DNA of 64,000 nucleotides, taken from assembly GCA_964016885.1 (NCBI GenBank), contig OZ024760.1, forward strand, positions 33,046,001 to 33,110,000, read 5' to 3'. Below are positions 12,522 to 26,488 of this stretch, one piece after another. Source of the stretch: Eledone cirrhosa (taxonomy: Eukaryota). Below the pieces are notes generated by a model. It worked only from the letters and a program-made list of their open reading frames with translations, made no database searches and was not told the origin of the DNA. A program made the position numbers and the translations under genes. Within the stretch, counting starts at the first letter, position 1, and each line of letters starts with the position of its first letter.

Positions 12522-15137
12522 GGCGACCTACGTAGTAAATCGTATCATGGTGAGCTCCGCAAAGGTTTGTTGTTTTCGTTTGTTAAAAATTGCCATTTAT
12601 GGAAAATTTTTATTGTTAACTGTATATAAGTGCACATACATTGTTTTCCGAAAAGGACACTCAAAATGATTGGGGCCTTGAGCCCAAAATTTAAACTTTT
12701 ATAATTATTAAAAAAAAACTTTCTTTGAAAAAAACATGGATGACTCACAGCCACACGAAGCTGACAGCCTTCCTCACAAACTAACACCTCACACCGACAC
12801 CATCATTGTAAATATTACTACGTTTGCCAACACTAAAAATATAAGCAGTAGCAATATTTTAAATTTGTCTCAGGCAGACATTCATTTCCCGCCATTACCA
12901 ACGACTGCAGGTGTTAAAGCCGCCACCCCCACCACAGCGACAACAGAAACAAAAGAAAAAAATAAATTAACTCGTGATATCGAAATGAATTCAACCAAAA
13001 TGAACTCTTCCACACCGAACACCACTGACGCCACAACCACCACAACTGAAACTAAAATTAATAATAACAAAAATAACGATAATAATAACAGCAACAATGA
13101 CATTAAGAAAGCCACCCTGGGTTTTGCCAGAGTAGCAAAACAGTGCGAAGCATTTCAGGTAACTCAGGAGGAATTAGAAGAAGCCAAAAAAATGGTAAAG
13201 AAAGATGGGTATAGGGTCAGCCCCCCCCCACACACACCTAATAAAATGGAGCATCGGCGCCTATGCACCGTGTCTTATCGAACAATTAATATAAAATCGC
13301 GCCGAGTGGAACGCGCATCCGAGTCCCAAATCCCAAAAGCTTTGGGACATGTGTGGGCAAAAAAACCCCACATCAGTATGGAACCGTGGACGTGTTCTTT
13401 GAAACACCGCATGAGGCTAGAGAACACTCCATGGCCCCATTAAGAAGTGACGACTTCACACTCGTCCCAAGCTATTGTGGCCAGACTCGTAAAGATCAGG
13501 GTCACCCACGTTCCACCGGCCATCGAAATTCCCTGGCTAATAGCTGCAGTCATCACGTTGGGACTGTGTGGGATTAGCTGATAGGGGAGGAGGGTGCAAG
13601 AGTCTCACCAACCAGCTCAGGCGTTTTGAACTGTCTGACAGGTACCGATTGGATTTCCCGAATGTGCAAATGTGGACTTGGACAAATCGCATAGGGTCAT
13701 CCAGATCATATCTAGATAGAGTATTTTGTAGGGAAATAGATAGGTCTAGCATAGGCTGTCCACAATTCAAGATAGTCAGCTACACGGACCACACATTCGT
13801 GATCTGTGTGCTTGACTTAGATAGGCTTCATAGACGAGGACCCGGCTACTGGAAGCTAAACGCGTCCTTACCAGCGCGCAAGGCCTACAGAGACCGGATT
13901 AGCGAACTAGTTAAGCGGGCGTTGACGGGGACCATCGTCAACAACAAGTGGTGGTTTGCTCTAAAAAGAGCGATTAGAATAGAATCCATTAGGTTTAGTA
14001 AGGCTGGGTATGCCGTGGCTGATGATGCGCAGACACGCGCTCAGGCTACGACATCTCCACCTCTTCCTCGGCGGTGCTCAGTTGTGGTCGCCGTTTGCTA
14101 GACGTGTCTTTCCCCAGCTCGTCTCCTTGACGGAGCTGCAGTCCTGGGTCAAGCGAAGACCGAGAGGGAGCGCTTGGAGACTGGAATGTCTTCAGGCGCT
14201 CAGAGCTCTCGACCAATCGGGCAATGTGATCGGTGGAAACTCCACCTTGGCGTTCTATAGAGGATTAGTGGAGGGGAAGAGCGACGACGTACTTGGGGAA
14301 ACTCTAGGCGTCGAGGAAAATCAACTAGCCAATCTCTTCGGAAGAACTTTCGGGCCGGGGCCTATGGACAACTTCCAGAAATCCCTGGCCTAGCAGTGCT
14401 ACCGAGGAGCTTTGCCAGTTCGGGATAAACTCTACAGGCATGGAGGTGCCGTCAGCCGGGCATGTCCGAGATGCGCGCAGGGCGACGAAACCGTCCTGCA
14501 CGCACTCGTCCAGTGTCCGAGCATTGCTGACTTGTGGGTTTATGTCGAACACCTGCTGTCGCGTGTAGGACGGATCCAGCTATCAGCTGAGTCCATCGTG
14601 AGGATTGCCCGCCCTCTTCCTTTAGCCGGGAAGGGCAGGCAGTTTTTATCTGTCTGGTGGCCATGGCGAAAGAGATAGTATGGTGGACACGTTTGAAAGG
14701 GCTGAAGACGAGCACTTACCTCTTCGGTGATGCCCTGATAAACTTTTTCAAATTTCAATTGAAAAGGAAAATCAGAGTAGAGAGGGAAGTGCTTTCTTCC
14801 CAGCATTTTGTTGAAAGATGGGTGAGAAAGGCAAGAATGACCCAAGTGAATACTCTGAGTATGTGTCTGTAAATTAAAGGTGGAAAACTGGGAGAGGGCA
14901 CTTGCCCTGGTGGTCAGGGTCACTGTGGCTTTTTAATGGGCTTTCTCCACGAATGTCCCTCGGAAGTCTCCCCCCTATTGGGGAATTTTTTCATTGTTCT
15001 ATTATTACATCCTGTTTTTTTGTTTTTTTTACACGCAGAAATGCCCTTTTGTACCGTTCTGTATTGTCCTTAATGTCTACTTTGTGTAAACCCTTGTGGT
15101 TAATAAAGAAAGCATTATTATTATTATTATTATTATT
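12522..15137 (+). mobile_element. Internally deleted Tx1/L1-clade LINE (ORF1 part + endonuclease part + C-terminal part; RT missing)
   Basis: ORF1 12736-13560 homologous to ORF1 at 20930; 13560-14005 and 14005-15110 nearly identical to 23515-23963 and 25612-26745; (TTA)n on both sides. Confidence 0.92.
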
Positions 15138-15138
15138 G

Positions 15139-15289
15139 TGTCGGATGCCATGCTTTGAGTTACGGCCCTTGCCATTCTGAGTTCAAATCCCGCCGAGGTT
15201 AACTTTGCCTTTCATCCTTACGGGGTCGAAAAAATAAAGTACCAGTAATACACTGGGTAATTGCTGGCCTTGTGCCTAACGTAGAAACA

Positions 15290-15360
<71 letters not shown>

Positions 15361-15412
15361 AGTACCAGTAATGCACTGGGTTATTGCTGGCCTTGTGCCA
15401 AACGTAGAAACA

Positions 15413-15443
<31 letters not shown>
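15139..15443 (+). mobile_element. SINE fragments with long (ATT)n tails
   Basis: Same SINE body and 3' end (GCTGGCCTTGTGCC..GTAGAAACAATTATT) twice. Confidence 0.85.
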
Positions 15444-15444
<1 letters not shown>

Positions 15445-16390
15445 AGTTGCATTTATCTTGCTTTATGTTCATACGAGTTATCACCAAGTCACAACCAGTG
15501 ACCTCAAGAGACAACAAGGACCGCCATGTTCAAGAAAGAACATACATATTCACACATGTATCTTTAGTGTTTAGACTTGTGATGTACTTATATTGACAGA
15601 ATCTTCCTTAGTATATGGGCAGTTCCCATTAGTACTATCGTTTGTATTTCTCATATACGCGGGTTTCCTGGGATTTGCGATAAGTAATCATTAGACCCCT
15701 TAGGTATCATTCCCAGAGCGCCTACAACCACTGGTATTGTTCTAGTTCTCAATTTCCACATTTTTCCAATTTCTATCTCCAGGTCCTTATACTTGCTCAA
15801 TTTTTCAAATGTTTTTATAGATACATTCTTGTCTATTGGAACGGACATATCAATTAGCAGGCATACCCTCTTTTTAAAGTCCTTCAATATTATATCAGGT
15901 CTATTTGCATCTATTTTTCGGTCTGTTTGGATGCTAAAGTTCCACAAGATTGAGATGTGATCTTTTTCAAGTATGGGAGGTGGTTGATGCTCCCACCAAT
16001 TCTTTTGATGGGGCAGGTCAAAATGCTTACACATTATCCAATGTATGTATTGTGCAGCTCTGTCATGCCTGTTTAGGTATTCGGTTGGAGCTATAGGACT
16101 GCACATTGAAATTATATGGTCAATGGTCTCTGGTTGTTTTTTGCATACATGGCATAATGGGCTGCATCCATTTTTTATTATGTTGGCTTGGTAATTTTTT
16201 GTTGGCAGACACTGATCTTGTGCTGATATAATCAGTCCTTCAGTCTCCGATTTCAGTCCAGAGGATGCCAACCACTGATGGGTTAAAGTTTTGTCAACAT
16301 CAGGATTGTTAGCTCGCTCTGGGTATTTTCCATACAGAGGCTTTTCTTGCCATTTCTTAGCCAGTTTCTGTAGCAGTTCTTTCTTTGCAG
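15444..16390 (-). mobile_element. R4/Dong-type LINE family A, 5'-truncated copy 1
   Basis: CCHC knuckle CHVCKKQPETIDHIISMC, NRHD, REL motif RPDIILKD..LIDMSVP..KLSKYKDL; (TTA)n at both ends. Confidence 0.9.
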
Positions 16391-16419
16391 TTATTATTAT
16401 TATTATTATTATTATTATT

Positions 16420-18723
16420 GTGATTACTCTTTGAGTCTCAGTCATTGATGTTAGTTAACTGGAAAGTTTGTTGAGATGAATATCAAGCCACTACCTGCAG
16501 CCTCAGATATTCAGGACGTATCGGAGGGTTCTTGCTGTTCCCAGCAAGCATGCCTTTTGAAGCGTTCCAAAAAGCGTGAAGGGGCCAATTTTCTTTAACC
16601 ATCCCTGGAAACTTTTTGAGATAGTCCCTAGTGCGCCTATGACAATCGGGATCACTTTGACTTCATGGCAGTTCCAAATCCTTTTTACCTCCCACTTTAA
16701 GTCCTGGTATCGGTTAATTTTCTCCCTCTCCTTCTCCTGCACTCTCGTGTCGAATGGGCAGGCCACATCCACAATCAGGCACGATATTTTTTCTTTGTCC
16801 AAAACCTCCAGGTCAGGTCTATTGTGTTCCAGTTTCTTGTCCGTCTGTATCCTAAAATCCCACAGCACCTTCACCTGATCGTTTTCTATCACCGCCTCTG
16901 GCTTATGCTCATACCACTTCTCAGAATGTGGTAAATTGTTTACTTAGCACAGGTCACCCTGCCCATCACATCATGTCTCCAGCCCTTATAGTGAGTCTGG
17001 GCTAGGTGTTTACACTCGGATACAATGTGAGCCACAGTCTCCTCTCTCTCTCCACAGATCCTGCACAGTGGGGTAGCCTCCTCCTTGTAAATGTGGTGTT
17101 TCAACCACTTCGTTTTGAGGGCCTGCTCCTGCGCAGCCATTAACATTCCTTCTGTAGCCTTTTTAAGGTCTCCTCTTTTCAACCAGTTCCATGTCTGTGG
17201 ATCTCTAAATTCAGTTTTCTCAAAGAAGGTACTATGAAGGGATTTTTCCTGAAGGCTGCTCTTTCTCCTTGATGTTATTTCCTCCTTGGACATCCCCTGG
17301 CCTATTGTCCCCTCCTTCAGTACAGCTCTGAGCATTGGCTCCTTACTATCAGTCACGTATTTGTGTAGGTTGTTTTTCTCCATCTGAACACAGTCCTCTA
17401 TGCTGATAAGACCTCTTCCACTATCAGATCTCCTTAAGTAGAGTCTATCGACATCACTCCTCTTGTGGAACATGTTGTAGATAGTCAATAGCTTCCTAGT
17501 CTTCCTATCCATTTCTTTTTGTTCAGCAACATTCCATCTCAGAATTCTCGCACTGTACCTAATAATAGACACAGCTCGGGAATTTACTGCACTTATGGCA
17601 TTCCTACTGTTCAGATGTGACTTTAATACGCTCCTTACTCTCCGAAGGTATTCAGTTCTTATCAATTCCTTCATTTTTTTGTTCTTGATGTCATCAGCCT
17701 CCAGAACGCCCAAATACTTGTATCCTTCTTCAGAGTCAATTTCTTTTATCACCTCACCTGTTGGTATCTGGATTCCGTTACTTCTGCTCAACTTACCCCT
17801 CCTTATCACAATGACTCCACACTTACTAATACCAAATTGCATACATATATCATTGCTGAAAATACGGACAGTGTCAACAAGCACATCCAACTCCTTCTCA
17901 CTCTTCCCGAAGAGCTTAAGATCGTCCATGAAGAGGAGGTGATTGACGGTAAGCCCTCCCTTTCCCAACCTGTATCCTGCTCTCACTTTTCGCAGTACAC
18001 TGGTCAGGGGCATCAGGGCAAGGAAAAACAACAGAGGGGACAGACTATCTCCCTGGAAGATACCTCTCTTGATCTTCACGCTTCCCAAGGATTCTCCAGT
18101 TGATGTTAACTCTGTTTCCCAGGACTTCATACTTTTGCCCAACAACTGCCTGATGTTATCTGCCACCTTGAAGATCTCCAGGCTTTTGGTTATCCAAGAA
18201 TGAGGTACCATGTCGAATGCTTTTTGTAATCTATCCATCCCATGGCAAGACCAGTGTGCCTCCTCTTGCAATTCCTCATTACCATCTTATCAATAAGTAA
18301 CTGGTCCTTTGTACCACGTGACTTCTTTCGGCATCCTTTCTGTTCGTCCGGTAACAAGTTGTTTGTGTGGAGGTGATGGTAGATTTCCTCAGACATAATG
18401 CTTGTCAACAGTTTCCACATTACGGACAGACATGGGATAGGTCTATAGTTGGTAACATCATTACCCTTGATTCGGTCTTTCATTATCAGAACTGTGGTAC
18501 CTTTTGTCAACCACTCTGGTACCTCACCTGACATCAAGCAGTCATTGAACATGGTTGTCAGTTTCGGGTGGAGGGATGTTATGTTTTTAATCCAATACCC
18601 CTGCACACCATCTGGGCCAGGTGATTTCCAGTTGGTTAGTTTTTTGGCCTGCCCCTTAAGAGTTTCAACCGTGATACTCAAATCAGTTTGTTGACGTGCC
18701 TGTTCACTGATCTCCTTCTGTAC
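16420..18723 (-). mobile_element. R4/Dong-type LINE family B, 5'-truncated, frameshifted (RT + CCHC + REL)
   Basis: KSPGPDG, NYRPI, QGDSLSPLLF, HLLFMDDLKL, YKYLGV, CRICGEREETVAHIVSEC, RPDL..IVDVACP..KINRYQDL; (TTA)n at both ends. Confidence 0.92.
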
Positions 18724-18780
<57 letters not shown>

Positions 18781-18781
<1 letters not shown>

Positions 18782-20046
18782 AGTTGCATTTATCTTGCTT
18801 TATGTTCATACGAGTTATCACCAAGTCACAACCAGTGACCTCAAGAGACAACAAGGTCCGCCATGTTCAAGAAAGAACATACATATTCACACATGCATCT
18901 TTAGTATTTAGACTTGTGATGTACTTATATTGACAGAATCTTCCTTAGTATATGGGCAGTTCCCATTAGTACTATCTTTTGTATTTCTCCTATACGCGGG
19001 TTTCCTGGGATTTGCGATAAGTAATCATTAGCCCCCTTAGGTATCATTCCCAGAGCGCCTACAACCACTGGTATTGTTCTAGTTCTCAATTTCCACATTT
19101 TTCCAATTTCTATCTCCAGGTCCTTATACTTGCTCAATTTTTCAAATGTTTTTATAGATACATTCTTGTCTATTGGAACAGACATATCAATTAGCAGGCA
19201 TACCCTCTTTTGAAAGTCTTTCAATATTATATCAGGTCTGTTTGCATCTATTTTTCGGTCTGTTTGGATGCTAAAGTTCCACAAGATTGAGATGTGATCT
19301 TTTTCAAGTATGGGAGGTGGTTGATGCTCCCACCAATTCTTTTGATGGGGCAGGTCAAAATGCTTACACATTATCCAATGTATGTATTGTGCAGCTCTGT
19401 CATGCCTGTTTAGGTATTCGGTTGGAGCTATAGGACTGCACATTGAAATTATATGGTCAATGGTCTCTGGTTGTTTTTTGCATACACGGCATAATGGGCT
19501 GCACCCATTTTTATTATGTTGGCTTGGTAATTTTTTGTTGGCAGACACTGATCTTGTGCCGCTGATGGGTTAAAGTTTTGTCAACATCAGGATTGTTAGC
19601 TCGCTCTGGGTATTTTCCATACAGAGTCTTTTCTTGCCATTTCTTAGCCAGTTTCTGTAGCAGTTCTTTCTTTGCAGTTACTTTTACCTGCTTTGCTTTT
19701 TCTGTGTTTTCCATTTCAGCAGTAAATGGGACTTCTGAAATTTGTAGTCCATTACTGTATCTTTGTGCATCTTTTGTAATGGAATATGATCTTTTGATGC
19801 TTTCGTGTTTCAAAACGAGTTTGATCATCCAATCATGTGATTCCCTTAGATATGTAGATAATCCAATTGTTGCAGTTTTCAACGCAATGTCTAACTGGAT
19901 TAACCCACGTCCTCCTTCTTTCCTAGGGAGATATATTCTATCTATATCTGCCTTAGGGTGATGCATTCTGTGCATGGTTAAGAATTTTCGAATTTTTGTA
20001 TCGAGCCTACGGATCTCTGTGCTTGACCAGTTGATGACATTGTAAC
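18781..20046 (-). mobile_element. R4/Dong-type LINE family A, copy 2
   Basis: Near-identical to copy 1, extends further 5' (RIYLPRKEGGRGL); small internal deletion near 19560; (TTA)n flanks. Confidence 0.9.
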
Positions 20047-20093
<47 letters not shown>

Positions 20094-20674
20094 TGCATTT
20101 ATCTTGCTTTATGTTCATACGAGTTATCACCAAGTCACAACCAGTGACCTCAAGAGACACATGCATCCTTAGTGTTTAGACTTGTGATGTACTTATATTG
20201 ACAGGATCTTCCTTAGTATATGGGCAGTTCCCATTAGTACTATCTTTTGTATTTCTCCTATACGCGGGTTTCCTGGGATTTGCGATAAGTAGTCGTTAGA
20301 CCCCTTAGGTATCATTCCCAGAGCGCCTACAACCACTGGTATTGTTTTAGTTCTCAATTTCCACATTTTTCCAATTTCTATCTCCAGGTCCTTATACTTG
20401 CTCAATTTTTCAAATGTTTTTATAGATACATTCTTGTCTATTGGAACAGACATATCAATTAGCAGGCATACCCTCCTTTGAAAGTCCTTCAATATTATAT
20501 CAGGTCTGTTTGCATCTATTTTTCGGTCTGTTTGGATGCTAAAGTTCCACAAGATTGAGATGTGATCTTTTTCAAGTATGGGAGGTGGTTGATGCTCCCA
20601 TCAATTCTTTTGATGGGGCAGGTCAAAATGCTTACACATTATCCAATGTATGTATTGTGCAGCTCTGTCATGCC

Positions 20675-20675
<1 letters not shown>
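20094..20675 (-). mobile_element. R4/Dong-type LINE family A, copy 3
   Basis: REL domain and 3'UTR only; (TTA)n flanks. Confidence 0.9.
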
Positions 20676-20714
<39 letters not shown>

Positions 20715-20929
20715 GAATGCTATGGTTGACGGAGGCTCAGCTCTGTAAGGTACTGTAAATTTTGAACGCTTTAACAATTGTAAATTGTTTAAAACTTAGA
20801 CCAACTTGTAGACAAAAACACCCTCCTCCTCGTGAGAGGGGTCTTTCTGCCCGTTATTTGGCCCTTCGGGGTTAAATAACTGCTTATTGGGGTTTTGTAC
20901 CCAATATTTATTTTTAACAAAAAAACAAC

Positions 20930-23034
20930 ATGGCTACGAAAAAGAATTTGCTTAGGTCACTCCCACTCATTCCGTCTTCTTTTTCCTCAATCGTCACTAC
21001 AGCAGAGAGAAGATTGTCTCTCTCCCTCCCTTCTTTAAATGTGTCTCTCTCCCTCCCTTCTCTTTCGCAAGCGACGAAAGAAAAGAAAAGTCTCGTACAA
21101 AGCGTGCAAGGTTTCTCCACGACGACGACAACAGCGACGAAACAGGTGTGCGGGAAATACGAAAACCCAGTTCATTCGTCTGACGTCAGGAATAATAGCA
21201 GTAGCAGCCGTAATAACAACAGCAACAGTGACAATGAAAACAACAGTAGCAGCCGCAACAGCATCACCAGCAGCATAAACAACAACAGCATTAGCAGCAG
21301 CAACACCAACAACAACCACAGCAACAGCGGCGGAGGCAGTAGTCGTAGTACCTGCAGCAACAACAAAAGTAACAGCAGCTCTGACGACAACAACAACAAC
21401 AGCAGCAAAGAAAAACCAATCTCATTTGCAGGTATTGCGAAAAACTTGGAAACAATCCTCATAACAAATGAGGAATTAGAGGAAGCGAAGAAGATAGTGA
21501 CAAAGACTGGACACCGAGCAATCTGCAAGGCAACGGAAAATTTTTTCGAAACCCAACAGCACTGTACGGTCACGTACCGTACAGTAAGTACAAAATCCCG
21601 TAGGGTGGAAAGAGCCACAGAGGCTCAAATACAAAAAGCCTTGGGGTCTGTGTGGCAGCGGAAAACGCACATCACCCGAGAAAAAAAATATGCCACCGTA
21701 GACGTACTTTTTGCCACACCCCAGGAGGCAAAGGCCCAATCCGTAGTGACCCTAAGGAGCGAGGAAATGGTGTTGGTGCCCTCCTACTGCGGGCAAAATA
21801 TTGTGAGGGTCAAACTGACCCACGTCCCCCCCGGGATGGCCCCTTCTTGGCTGGCCGCGTCTGTCCTCGTCGGAATCGAGGACAAAACAACTGTACTGCA
21901 AGTACAGAAAAAAGTAAGAGAAGATTGGGTCGGCACCTCCATTGAGATGCTAATCCAAACCGACCAGGAGTGCATCGAAGCTATCCCGGATGTGATAGAC
22001 TTCGATAACGGCACTCAACTGCCCATAAGTGTTGAAGGAAAACGCCCGAAATGCTTTCGCTGTGGATCGAAGACTCACCTCAGGGCCTTCTGCAACGAGA
22101 AGACCATGAGAAAGGAGACCCCCCCCCCCTCCTTCCGAAACCGGCTCCACGGCTACCAGCAACAGGACAAGCGGCAACCAGGAACGATAGGTCCGTGGCA
22201 GCCATACCCACGCCACGGAAATCAAAAACAGCAGCAGCAGTGGAAATATTAACAACAACAACAGCAATACCAAATGCAGCTGCAACAGAGACTCCAGTGC
22301 AAACATCACCAACAACAACAAGTGAAAGAGTGGAGCTGGTACCCCTCCCCGACCTCACAGAATCAGACATGGAGTGTGAGGTGGGAGAGAGATGGCAAAA
22401 GGTCGTAAGAAGGCAAAAACGCAGAAGCAGCGCATCGTCGCCTTTGAAAAGGGAGGAAAGAAATGAGAAAAGGGTAAAATCTACTGCAAAGAGACCCACA
22501 GCAGCAACACCACCAACACCATCACCACCCACACTAGCACCACCATCACCGCCGGCGACAACCCCACCGCCAACAACACCTTCAACACCACCACCACAAG
22601 CACCAACATCGCAAACACAACAACAAAACACACACACCCAGCAACAACGACAAGAAAATAGCAGAACCACACCCCACCCCAAGAAAAACAAATGCACGGC
22701 AATAAATACACACAACAAGAAACTAATGACTTACATAATTGAACACACAGACATTTCACAACACGACTACATAATACCAGCACCAATCAAAACGCCAACT
22801 AACATAAGACTGCTAAAAATAGCACAGAAACAATACACAAACATTAAAACGAAATTCCCCAACGCAGTTGGTGATTTCAGGGACCTAGGAGGAACTATCA
22901 ATCGAAGAGTATATTCAGACATTCTCTTAGAAGAGCCGACGACCAGCCGAAAGGACGATTCAACGGTCCCTTCACCAGACGATCAAGTGAAAAGGGATGT
23001 AAAAACCATCCCTCCTCTACCAAAAGTACGGTAA
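20930..23034 (+). pseudogene. Tx1 ORF1 (gag-like CCHC zinc knuckle), split by a frameshift in a poly-C run near 22120
   Basis: CFRCGSKTHLRAFC knuckle; Asn/Ser- and Pro/Thr-rich linkers; ORFs 20930-22252 and 22051-23034 overlap across the C-run. Confidence 0.8.
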
Positions 23035-23069
23035 GTGGTCTTTCCCATCTTTTCCACTCTATTTTAAAC

Positions 23070-26000
23070 ATGACCTCACTCAGAATAGGCAGCATAAATG
23101 CGCGTGGCTTGGGGTCGTCATGGGAGCAGGGTCACCTGCTCAACGACCTCAGGTCACTAAACATAGATGTAGTGGCCATCAGCGTGACCAGAATCTCCGA
23201 AGCACGGGCCTTCGCACCGATCTTCGGCGGCTACGATGTGTACGCATCTCCCAGCCGTCCTGGATCGGGGGGAGGAGTTGCTGTGCTTTTTCGGAGAGGT
23301 TTGGATCTCGCCATACGGGCCATCTTCCTGGACCCAGAGGGTAAGCTGGTGGTGCTGGACGTGACCAGCGGAGACGGGCAAGCTTTCAGGCTAGTGGCCG
23401 GCTATGCCCCGACAGGAGCAGGGCGGCCTGATTTCTTCCGGCGTCTGGAGACCTTTCTTGGAACGTCCCGCTCTTTAGTGTTAGTGGGCGACTGGAACGG
23501 GATCTTAGATGCACGCTGGGACTGTGTGGGATTAGCGGATAGGGGTGGAGGGTGCAAGAGCCTCACCAACCTGCTCAGGCGCTTTGAACTGTCTGACAGG
23601 TACCGATTGGATTTCCCGAATGCGCCAATGTGGACTTGGACAAATCGCATAGGGTCATCCAGATCATATCTAGATAGAGTATTTTGTAGGGAAATAGATA
23701 GGTCTAGCATAGGCTGTCCACAATTCAAGATAGTCAGCTACACGGACCACAAATTCGTGATCTGTGTGCTTGACTTAGATAGGCTTCATAGACGAGGACC
23801 CGGCTACTGGAAGCTAAACGCGTCCTTACCAGCGCGCAAGGCCTACAGAGACCGGATTAGCGAACTAGTTAAGCGGGCGTTGACGGGGGCCATCGTCAAC
23901 AACAAGTGGTGGTTTGCTCTGAAAAGAGCGATTAGAATAGAATCCATTAGGTTTAGTAAGGCTTTAGCAATAGAGAAAAATAGAGCAGAGGGAGAACTAG
24001 TTAGAAAATTAGACGAGGCGCTTAGCAAAGGCATTGCGACCGACGTGCTTGCGGCGAAATTGGCCCTTGACCAATTCTTCAATGCAAAGCACGAAGGCTG
24101 CGTTGTCAGAGCAAGGGTGCGTGCTCTCAGACACGAGGGGACGAAAGCCGTTCAATGGGCCCGAGTGGCGGAGGCGCATCGTGGAAACAAAGCCACGATC
24201 CGGTCTTTGGTGGACCACGACGGGCGCATGCTACTCGATCCCGGGCAAATGTGTGAAGCTTTTCAGCGACACTTCGCTCAGTTGTTCGGGGGCAGCGGTG
24301 GGCCGGGTCGAGGGATGGACTTTAGTGTCTACCTCGACGGACTGCCGCGGCTCTCGGCCACTGAGGCGAGGTGTTGCGAAAAGCCGATAACAGCCGCTGA
24401 AGTAAGGGAGGCAATGACTGGCTGCACAAGGGGTAAATCGCCTGGTTTGGATGGTCTGCCCTATGAACTTTACGTACAGATGCCAGACTTGTTCGGAGGC
24501 CTCTTGGCGGACGTCTACTGCAACTGGCAACAGAACGGGAGAATTCCCAGTTCTGTGAGCCGAGGAGCGGTGGCACTGCTGAGAAAGGATCCGAACAAAG
24601 GGGATAACATAGATAATTTCCGGCCCATAACTCTGCTAAACACAGAGTTCAAGATTTTGGCCAAGGTGCTAGCAAAGAGGTTGGCGCTTGTCGTTGGTGG
24701 TCTGGTGGGAGAGGCGCAGACATGCGCCATTCCCGACAGATCCATCCACGACAACCTCCACCTCATGCGATACATCGTAGAGAGGGTAGCTAAGGAACCT
24801 GGCACGGGTGGGTCCTTGATCAATTTAGATCAGTCGAAAGCTTTCGATAGGGTCGACCATCGTTACCTAGCGGCAGTCCTGAGGGCGGCTGGCTTTGGGC
24901 CCGTCTTCAGAGGCTGGATCGCTGCCATGCACAGCGACATCTGCTCTGTGGTGAGAGTGAACGGTCACCTGTCGGAACCGTTCAACATCATGCGCTCGGT
25001 CCGCCAAGGATGTCCCCTCTCGTCCCTCTTGTACGTATTGACTCTCGAGCCATTACTGCACAAACTGGAGACGTTGAGGGGCGTCCCGCGCGAACTAGGA
25101 TGCGGAAGATCCGTGTCAGCATATGCGGACGATGTCACCGTAGTGGTGTCGAACGCCAAACACATCGAGGCGATCGGCACTACACTAAAAGAATACGAAG
25201 CGGTGACAGGAGCAATGATCAACCAGGAAAAGTCAGTGGGCCTGCAGCTCGGCACCTGGAGAGGCAGGTCCATGCCGTCCAACAGCGTCGTCGGACGCTG
25301 GACGGACGGACCGGTTAAATTGCTAGGGGTCTGGTTCGGTCCGGACCTCCAGACGGACAAAAACTGGGACGAGGTGACGAGCAGGGTGGCTTCTCTCACC
25401 CAGAAATGGGCGGAGAGGAAGTTATCCCTGAAAGGTTGAGCGGAGGTGGCTAACGCGTACATCGCGTCTGTCATCTGCTACCGCCTGACCGTCGTACCTT
25501 GTCCTAAGCCTCGCCTGACTGCGCTGGAGCGTTTGCTCTTTCGCTTTTTGTGGAAGGGACGCGCTCCGATGGTCAGGCGGTCCATCTGTTGTCAACACCC
25601 GCTACGTGGAGGGCTGGGCATGCCGTGGCTGATGATGCGCAGACACGCGCTCAGGCTACGACATCTCCACCTCTTCCTCGACGGTGATCAGATGTGGTCG
25701 CCGTTTGCTAGACACGTATTTCCCCAGCTCGTTTCCTTGACGGAGCTGCAGTCCTGGGTCAAGCGAAGACCGAGAGGGAGCGCCTGGAGACTGGAATGTC
25801 TTCAGGCGCTCACAGCCCTCGACCAATCGGGCAATGTGATCGGTGGAAACTCCACCTCGGCGTTCTATAGAGGATTAGTGGAGGGGAAGAGCGACGACGT
25901 ACTTGGGGAAACTCTAGGCGTCGAGGAAAATCAACTAGCCAATCTCTTCGGAAGAACTTTCCGGCCAGGGCCTATGGACAACTTCCAGAAATCTCTGGCC

Positions 26001-26488
26001 TGGCAGTGCTACCGAGGAGCCTTGCCAGTTCGGGATAAACTCTACAGGCATGGAGGTGCCGTCAGCCTGGCATGTCCGAGATGCGCACAGGGCGACGAAA
26101 CCGTCCTGCACGCACTCGTCCAGTGTCCGAAAATTGCTGACTTGTGGGTTTATGTCGAACACCTGCTGTCGCGTTTAGGACGGATCCGGCTATCATCTGA
26201 GTCCATCGTGAGGATTTCCCCGCACTCCTCCTTTAGCCGGGAAGGGCAGGCGTTTTTATCTGCCTGGTGGCCATGGCGAAAGAGATAGTATGGTGGACAC
26301 GTTTGAAAGGGCTGAAGACGAGCACTTACCTCTTCGGTGATGCTCTGATTGACTTTTTCAAATTTCATTTGAAAAGGAAAATCAGAGTAGAGAGGGAAGT
26401 GCTCTCTACCCAGCATTTTGTTGAAAGATGGGTGAGAGAAGCAAGAATGGCCCGAGTGAATGGGCCTACTCTGAGTATATATCTGTAA
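23070..26488 (+). pseudogene. Tx1 ORF2 endonuclease-reverse transcriptase, disrupted
   Basis: SINARGL, GDWN, SYLDRVF, TDH, GYWKLN, KSPGLDG, NFRPITLLN, DQSKAFDRVDH, RQGCPLS, AYADDV, CPRC..ETVLHALVQC; TGA at 25437-25439 and a frameshift near 26255. Confidence 0.92.
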
